Assembly (NCBI GenBank): GCA_037200965.1
Contig: JBBCGK010000001.1
Span: 640,001 to 704,000, forward strand
Source: a bacterium
Lineage (GTDB): Bacteria; Patescibacteriota; Minisyncoccia; Phycocordibacterales; Phycocordibacteraceae
Direction of reading: 5' to 3'
DNA: 64,000 nucleotides
Positions within the stretch are counted from its first letter, which is position 1. Each line of letters opens with the position of its first letter. Both the position numbers and the translations under genes were made by a program. Positions 59,634 through 64,000 of this stretch are shown here, piece after piece. The notes beneath the pieces were generated by a model. The model saw nothing but the letters and a program-made list of their open reading frames with translations, did no database searches and was not told the origin of the DNA.

Positions 59634-60761
59634 GTGTCCGATTCCTCCGAACGCGCTGCCAGGAAACTTCTCGCCAAAGCCGATATAGAGATCGGCGGCT
59701 CGCGACCGTGGGATATCCAGGTCCATGACCCGCGCCTCTATGCGCGCGTCTTCCGGTTCGGGAGCCTTGGCCTTGGCGAAGCCTATATGGACGGCTGGTG
59801 GGACGCTCCGGCACCCGACCAGCTCATCGATAAGCTCATATCCGCGCGCCTGCAGGAGACGGTACGGTTTTCCTTCGCGGAACTCCTCGATATCGCGAAA
59901 GGGTATCTGTTCAACCTTCAGTCGCCCTCCCGGGCGCCGGAAGTGGCCGAGAAGCACTACGACCTGGGCAACGACCTGTATAAGGCGATGCTCGACCCGC
60001 GCCTCGTATACACCTCCGGATACTGGAGCGGCACTCCGGCCGCGGGGAACCTGGCCGAAGCGCAGGAAGCCAAGCTCGATCTTATCTGCCGCAAGATCGG
60101 GCTTACAGCGGGCGACCGGGTGCTCGACATCGGGTGCGGCTTCGCGGGATTCGCGAAATACGCCGCCGAGAAGTACGGCGCGCACGTCGTCGGCATCACG
60201 GTTTCCAGGGAACAGCTCGCGCTCGGCAAGGAAATCTGCGAAGGCCTTCCGGTCGAGCTCCGGTTCGAGGACTATCGGGACGTGAACGAGCCGTTCGATC
60301 ATATCGTCTCGATCGAAATGATCGAGGCGGTCGGCGCGAAGAATTTCCGCACGTATATGAAAGTCGTCGAGCGGTGCCTCAAGCCGGGCGGTTTCTTTCT
60401 TCTCCAGGCGATCGGCAATAACGAGTCCGTTATCGCGGGCGACCCGTGGATCACGAAATACATCTTCCCGAACGGCATGCTCCCGTCCGCGGCCCAGCTC
60501 ACGCAAGCGTTCGAGGGGCTTCTCATGATCGAAGACTGGCATAACTTCGGCCCCGACTACGACAAGACGCTCATGGCCTGGTTTACGAACTTCGACAAGG
60601 CCTGGCCGGCGCTTCGCGGGAAGTACGGCGACCGCTTCTATCGTATGTGGAAGTATTATCTCCTTATGTGCGCGGGCCTCTTCCGCGCGCGGCAGACGCA
60701 CGTCTGGCAGATCGTACTGTCGAAGGGAGGAGTCCCGGGCGGATACAAGTCGGTACGATAG
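59634..60761 (+). CDS. cfa: cyclopropane-fatty-acyl-phospholipid synthase-like SAM methyltransferase
   Basis: VLDIGCGFAGFAKYAAEKYGAHVVGITVS; GTG start. Confidence 0.8.
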   Translation: MSDSSERAARKLLAKADIEIGGSRPWDIQVHDPRLYARVFRFGSLGLGEAYMDGWWDAPAPDQLIDKLISARLQETVRFSFAELLDIAKGYLFNLQSPSRAPEVAEKHYDLGNDLYKAMLDPRLVYTSGYWSGTPAAGNLAEAQEAKLDLICRKIGLTAGDRVLDIGCGFAGFAKYAAEKYGAHVVGITVSREQLALGKEICEGLPVELRFEDYRDVNEPFDHIVSIEMIEAVGAKNFRTYMKVVERCLKPGGFFLLQAIGNNESVIAGDPWITKYIFPNGMLPSAAQLTQAFEGLLMIEDWHNFGPDYDKTLMAWFTNFDKAWPALRGKYGDRFYRMWKYYLLMCAGLFRARQTHVWQIVLSKGGVPGGYKSVR

Positions 60762-60830
60762 GGATACAAGTGTGGGTATACAAAGAATGCGCGGCCATAC
60801 GCCGCGCATTCTTTAGTATCCGAGCTATTT

Positions 60831-61130
60831 CTATTGCGCTGCCTGCCCGTTCGTTACGGTCGTGGTAGCGGCCGTTTCCACGTTCACGCTGAAGTCGTGA
60901 AGGATGGCGGCGAGATCGGCGAGGTCCTGACTGCAAGCCTCCTTCTTTGCAGGCGTTCCGTCGCAGTCTTCCCTGATCTGGTCGCGCTGGGCGGCGATGT
61001 TGTGCTTGCCGCTTTCAAGCACGGTGGCGAGGTCGTTTCTGGTGCTGATCCAGAAATAAAGCGCCACTACGAGAAGCACGGCGAGAACTCCGGCGACTAT
61101 CCAGGCGGTTGTTGCGTCTTGTCGGTCCAT
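60831..61130 (-). CDS. small single-pass membrane protein
   Basis: TM helix AWIVAGVLAVLLVVALYFWI. Confidence 0.35.
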   Translation of the reverse strand: MDRQDATTAWIVAGVLAVLLVVALYFWISTRNDLATVLESGKHNIAAQRDQIREDCDGTPAKKEACSQDLADLAAILHDFSVNVETAATTTVTNGQAAQ

Positions 61131-61153
61131 ATGAAGGATAAGGTAAGGGTTAC

Positions 61154-61654
61154 TTGGGTCCGGTAATACTCACCAGCCTAGCATGCCGCCCGGCCGGTGA
61201 AGGGTTCATGAAGCGCTGTACAGGCGATCCGGCCGCGTGCTTAACTGGATGCATGCATCTTCGTACGGGCGCGTTTCCCCTCCTTCTCCTTCGCTACACC
61301 TATGTCGCGTTCTTGTCGGTCATGAGCATCGATAAGCTGCTTCACTTCAATGTCGTCGATGCGTGGGAGCGGTTCGCCGGGCCGGTGGTGCATGCGATTC
61401 TTCCGGTAAGCACGGTCGCGATCGTCTCCATCGAGGGAGTCGTCGAGATCGCCATCATCGCCCTCCTCCTTACCAGGTGGTACCGCATCGGCGCGCTCGT
61501 TCTCTTCCTCGCCATCATCCCGGTCTGGATCGATCTCATGATTCTCGGTTTCTACGATCTCGCGCTTCACGATCTCGTCGTTTCCGCGGGCGCCATCGCG
61601 CTCGTCCTCCTTCCTCCTCCGGAGGAGAAGCCTCCGCTTGTTCAGGCGGCATAA
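61154..61654 (+). CDS. DoxX-like small membrane protein (start uncertain, maybe 61253)
   Basis: 4 hydrophobic helices. Confidence 0.35.
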   Translation: MGPVILTSLACRPAGEGFMKRCTGDPAACLTGCMHLRTGAFPLLLLRYTYVAFLSVMSIDKLLHFNVVDAWERFAGPVVHAILPVSTVAIVSIEGVVEIAIIALLLTRWYRIGALVLFLAIIPVWIDLMILGFYDLALHDLVVSAGAIALVLLPPPEEKPPLVQAA

Positions 61655-61710
61655 GGTTCACCGTGCGTTCACGGCCGAAGACGCACCATGGGTGGCCTAT
61701 ACTTAGAGCT

Positions 61711-62964
61711 ATGCGAAGAAACTATAGTATCGCGATCGTCATCCTTGCCGTCGTCGTTATCGGCGGTTATTTCACGTACCAATACCTCAAGCAAAAGCCT
61801 CCGGCGTTCCTCATAGAACTCCTCACGAAGACCAGGCCTCCTCCGCCCCTGCCCGCGGGCGACGCCGCGCCCCTGTCGGTATCCGAAGGATTTTCCGCGA
61901 CCATCTTCTCGCGCGCGGTGCCGGGCGCCCGCGTCATGATCCGCGACCCGAAGGGAACAATGCTCGTTTCCGAGACTTCGCAGGGAAGAGTGGTCGCGCT
62001 TCCCGATCCCGATGCCGACGGAAAGGCCGATAAGGTTGTGACCATGCTTGAGCAGCTCGATCAGCCGCACGGCCTCGCGGTTGTCTGTCCGGACACGGGG
62101 AACGCGAGCGCCGACCAGGGCGCGTGCAGGCTGTATGTCGCCGAGACCGGCAGCCTGAAATCCTATGCGTACGACGCCGATACCTATACGGCAAGTGATC
62201 CGGTTTCGGTCGCGGCTTTTCCGACCGGCAGCGGCCACTTCACGCGCACCATCCTTCCGGGTGCCGACGGGAAGAGCCTCTTTGTCTCGGTCGGCTCGTC
62301 CTGCAACGTCTGCATCGAGACGAATCCGCTCCGGGCGACCATCCAGAAGCTCGATCTCGCGACGGGGAAGATGGCGGTATTCGCGAAAGGGCTCCGGAAT
62401 TCCGTCTTCATGGCCCTTAATCCGGTCTCGGGCGAGCTGTGGGCGACCGACAACGGCCGCGACGTGATCGGCGACGACATCCCGCCGGACGACGTGAACA
62501 TCGTGCGCGAAGGCGGCGACTACGGATGGCCCCTCTGCTACGGACAGAATGTCCATGACACCGACTTCGATACCAAGCAATATCTTGTCGATCCGTGCGC
62601 GGGCAAAATCCCGTCGCATATAGAGCTTCCCGCGCATTCTGCAGCGCTTGGTCTCGCGTTCGTGCCGGAAGAAGGATGGCCTGATGGCTGGGGCAACGAT
62701 CTACTTGTCGCATTCCACGGCTCCTGGAACCGCTCGATCCCCACGGGCTACAAGGTTGTCCGCATCGATCTTGATGACAAGGGTAACGAAATCGGTTCTC
62801 TGCAGGATTTCGTCACCGGCTTCCTCCCCGCGAGTTCCCACGATACCGATGATGCTATCGGAAGGCCCGTCGGACTTCTCGCCGAGCCCGGCGGCGTGGT
62901 CTATGTCTCAGACGACCGTGCGGGCGCGGTTTATCGCGTGGCGCGTACGGAAGAGGCGAGATAG
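61711..62964 (+). CDS. PQQ-dependent sugar (glucose/sorbosone) dehydrogenase-like beta-propeller, N-terminal anchor
   Basis: GGDYGWP motif and SGDH-like propeller repeats; ATG at 61711 inside the 61363..62964 ORF. Confidence 0.6.
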   Translation: MRRNYSIAIVILAVVVIGGYFTYQYLKQKPPAFLIELLTKTRPPPPLPAGDAAPLSVSEGFSATIFSRAVPGARVMIRDPKGTMLVSETSQGRVVALPDPDADGKADKVVTMLEQLDQPHGLAVVCPDTGNASADQGACRLYVAETGSLKSYAYDADTYTASDPVSVAAFPTGSGHFTRTILPGADGKSLFVSVGSSCNVCIETNPLRATIQKLDLATGKMAVFAKGLRNSVFMALNPVSGELWATDNGRDVIGDDIPPDDVNIVREGGDYGWPLCYGQNVHDTDFDTKQYLVDPCAGKIPSHIELPAHSAALGLAFVPEEGWPDGWGNDLLVAFHGSWNRSIPTGYKVVRIDLDDKGNEIGSLQDFVTGFLPASSHDTDDAIGRPVGLLAEPGGVVYVSDDRAGAVYRVARTEEAR

Positions 62965-62974
62965 GATTTCCTTA

Positions 62975-63529
62975 GTGATCGAATATACGCTTCGGGAAAG
63001 CAATCAGGCCCGCGCCGTCCGTATTACCGTCCGCGCGGACGGCAGCGTATCCGTCACCAAGCCGGTACGGGTTTCGCTCAGATTGGCAGAAAAGTTCGTG
63101 GAAGAAAAACAGGAATGGATAGAGAAAACACGGGAACGCTTCGCGAAGAGGAGGGCAAACGGGAAGGACCGTGTGGTACTCCCGAAGCTGCGGCGGGGCA
63201 CGAGCACGCGCCGCGAAGCCGTACGAACCATCCGCACGCTTATCGGAGAGCGCCTCGCGCACTTCAACCGGGAATACGGATACAAGGTCGGCACGATATC
63301 GATACGGGATCAAAAGACGCGCTGGGGAAGCTGCTCGCTAAAAGGGAACTTAAGTTTCAACTATCGCCTCCTGTACCTTCCGCCGACCCACCGCGACTAC
63401 GTCATCGTGCACGAGCTCTGCCACATTAAAGAACACAACCACTCTAAAGCGTTTTGGCTCCTCGTCGGGCGGACGATTCCGGATGCCCGGGCAATTCGCA
63501 GGGAGTTGCGGTCGGGGTATTCGCTCTAG
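62975..63529 (+). CDS. YgjP/SprT-like (DUF45, M48-type) zinc-dependent hydrolase
   Basis: HELCH zinc motif near the C-terminus; GTG start. Confidence 0.55.
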   Translation: MIEYTLRESNQARAVRITVRADGSVSVTKPVRVSLRLAEKFVEEKQEWIEKTRERFAKRRANGKDRVVLPKLRRGTSTRREAVRTIRTLIGERLAHFNREYGYKVGTISIRDQKTRWGSCSLKGNLSFNYRLLYLPPTHRDYVIVHELCHIKEHNHSKAFWLLVGRTIPDARAIRRELRSGYSL

Positions 63530-63533
63530 GTAC

Positions 63534-63827
63534 TTAGACGAGCTGAACCTTTTTCCCGAACGCTTCGGCGATCCGCCCGAGCGTATCGACCGTGATGCCG
63601 GTCTCGCCGCTTTCGATACGGGCGATGACCGACTGGGGCATGCCTGCTTTCTCGGCGACCGCCTTCTGGGTGAGGCGCTGGCTGCCGCGCAGGGCCGCAA
63701 TCTGTTTTGCGATGCTCAGCCGCACCGCCTCCTCGTTATAGCCGCGGCGGAAGGCCGCTTTCTTCGAGGACTTTCTAAACACGTCGTCGAACGAATAGAG
63801 TTTTATCGTTTTCGGGTTCCTTTTCAT
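63534..63827 (-). CDS. higA: XRE-family HTH protein, HigA-like antitoxin
   Basis: LTQKAVAEKAGMPQSVIARIESG HTH; 4 bp downstream of the toxin-like gene. Confidence 0.55.
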   Translation of the reverse strand: MKRNPKTIKLYSFDDVFRKSSKKAAFRRGYNEEAVRLSIAKQIAALRGSQRLTQKAVAEKAGMPQSVIARIESGETGITVDTLGRIAEAFGKKVQLV

Positions 63828-63830
63828 ATG

Positions 63831-64000
63831 CTACGGTTTCTTTAGTTGTTTCCAGATTTTTTCCGCATACTCGATTTCCGCTTTCGGGGTCTTGTCGGTC
63901 TTCTTCCTGAATCCCCGTATGAAATAGATGCTGTTCGCGATGAGTACGTACGTAATGCGGTGATGGCCGGAGATAAGTTCGCGTACGGCCCGCCGCAACT
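63831..64000 (-). CDS. higB: HigB/Gp49-like (RelE/ParE superfamily) toxin, partial (N-terminus outside window)
   Basis: C-terminal HRITYVLIANSIYFIRGFRKKTDKTPKAEIEYAEKIWKQL matches the PF05973-like signature. Confidence 0.5.
   Translation of the reverse strand, partial: LRRAVRELISGHHRITYVLIANSIYFIRGFRKKTDKTPKAEIEYAEKIWKQLKKP

Overview
High-GC (~62%) bacterial chromosomal segment; the lineage was not determined. It lacks L30 between rpsE and rplO and carries N-terminal extensions on several ribosomal proteins, which suggests an uncultivated, possibly Patescibacteria/CPR-like lineage (low confidence). The window is dominated by the conserved ribosomal super-operon (rpsL-rpsG-fusA-tuf-rpsJ-rplCDWB-rpsS-rplV-rpsC-rplP-rpmC-rpsQ-rplNXE-rpsNH-rplFR-rpsE-rplO-secY-adk-map). 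Unusually, mobile DNA and non-ribosomal cargo interrupt this array three separate times: an IS481-like plus IS30 tandem between rpsG and fusA, an IS1595 element plus two cargo genes between rplB and rpsS, and a ~3.9 kb island between rplE and rpsN holding four unknown genes plus an IS30 remnant. Other content: HIT protein, recJ, rnhA-like RNase H, a split ComEC (membrane part and metallo-beta-lactamase (MBL) domain as separate genes flanking sod), another IS481-family IS, rpmB, an M50 protease, a SET-domain protein, a kinase-like gene split by an IS30 insertion, a probably frameshifted LCAT-like lipase, cmk, an alpha/beta hydrolase, ndk, a beta-CASP ribonuclease, and an ABC exporter with a C16 homopolymer. 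A transporter, methyltransferase and ATP-grasp cluster, rplT-rpmI-infC, cfa, a PQQ-type sugar dehydrogenase, and a partial HigB/HigA-like toxin-antitoxin pair at the 3' edge complete the window. No tRNA, rRNA or CRISPR array was found. Many long antisense ORFs in the track are high-GC artefacts.
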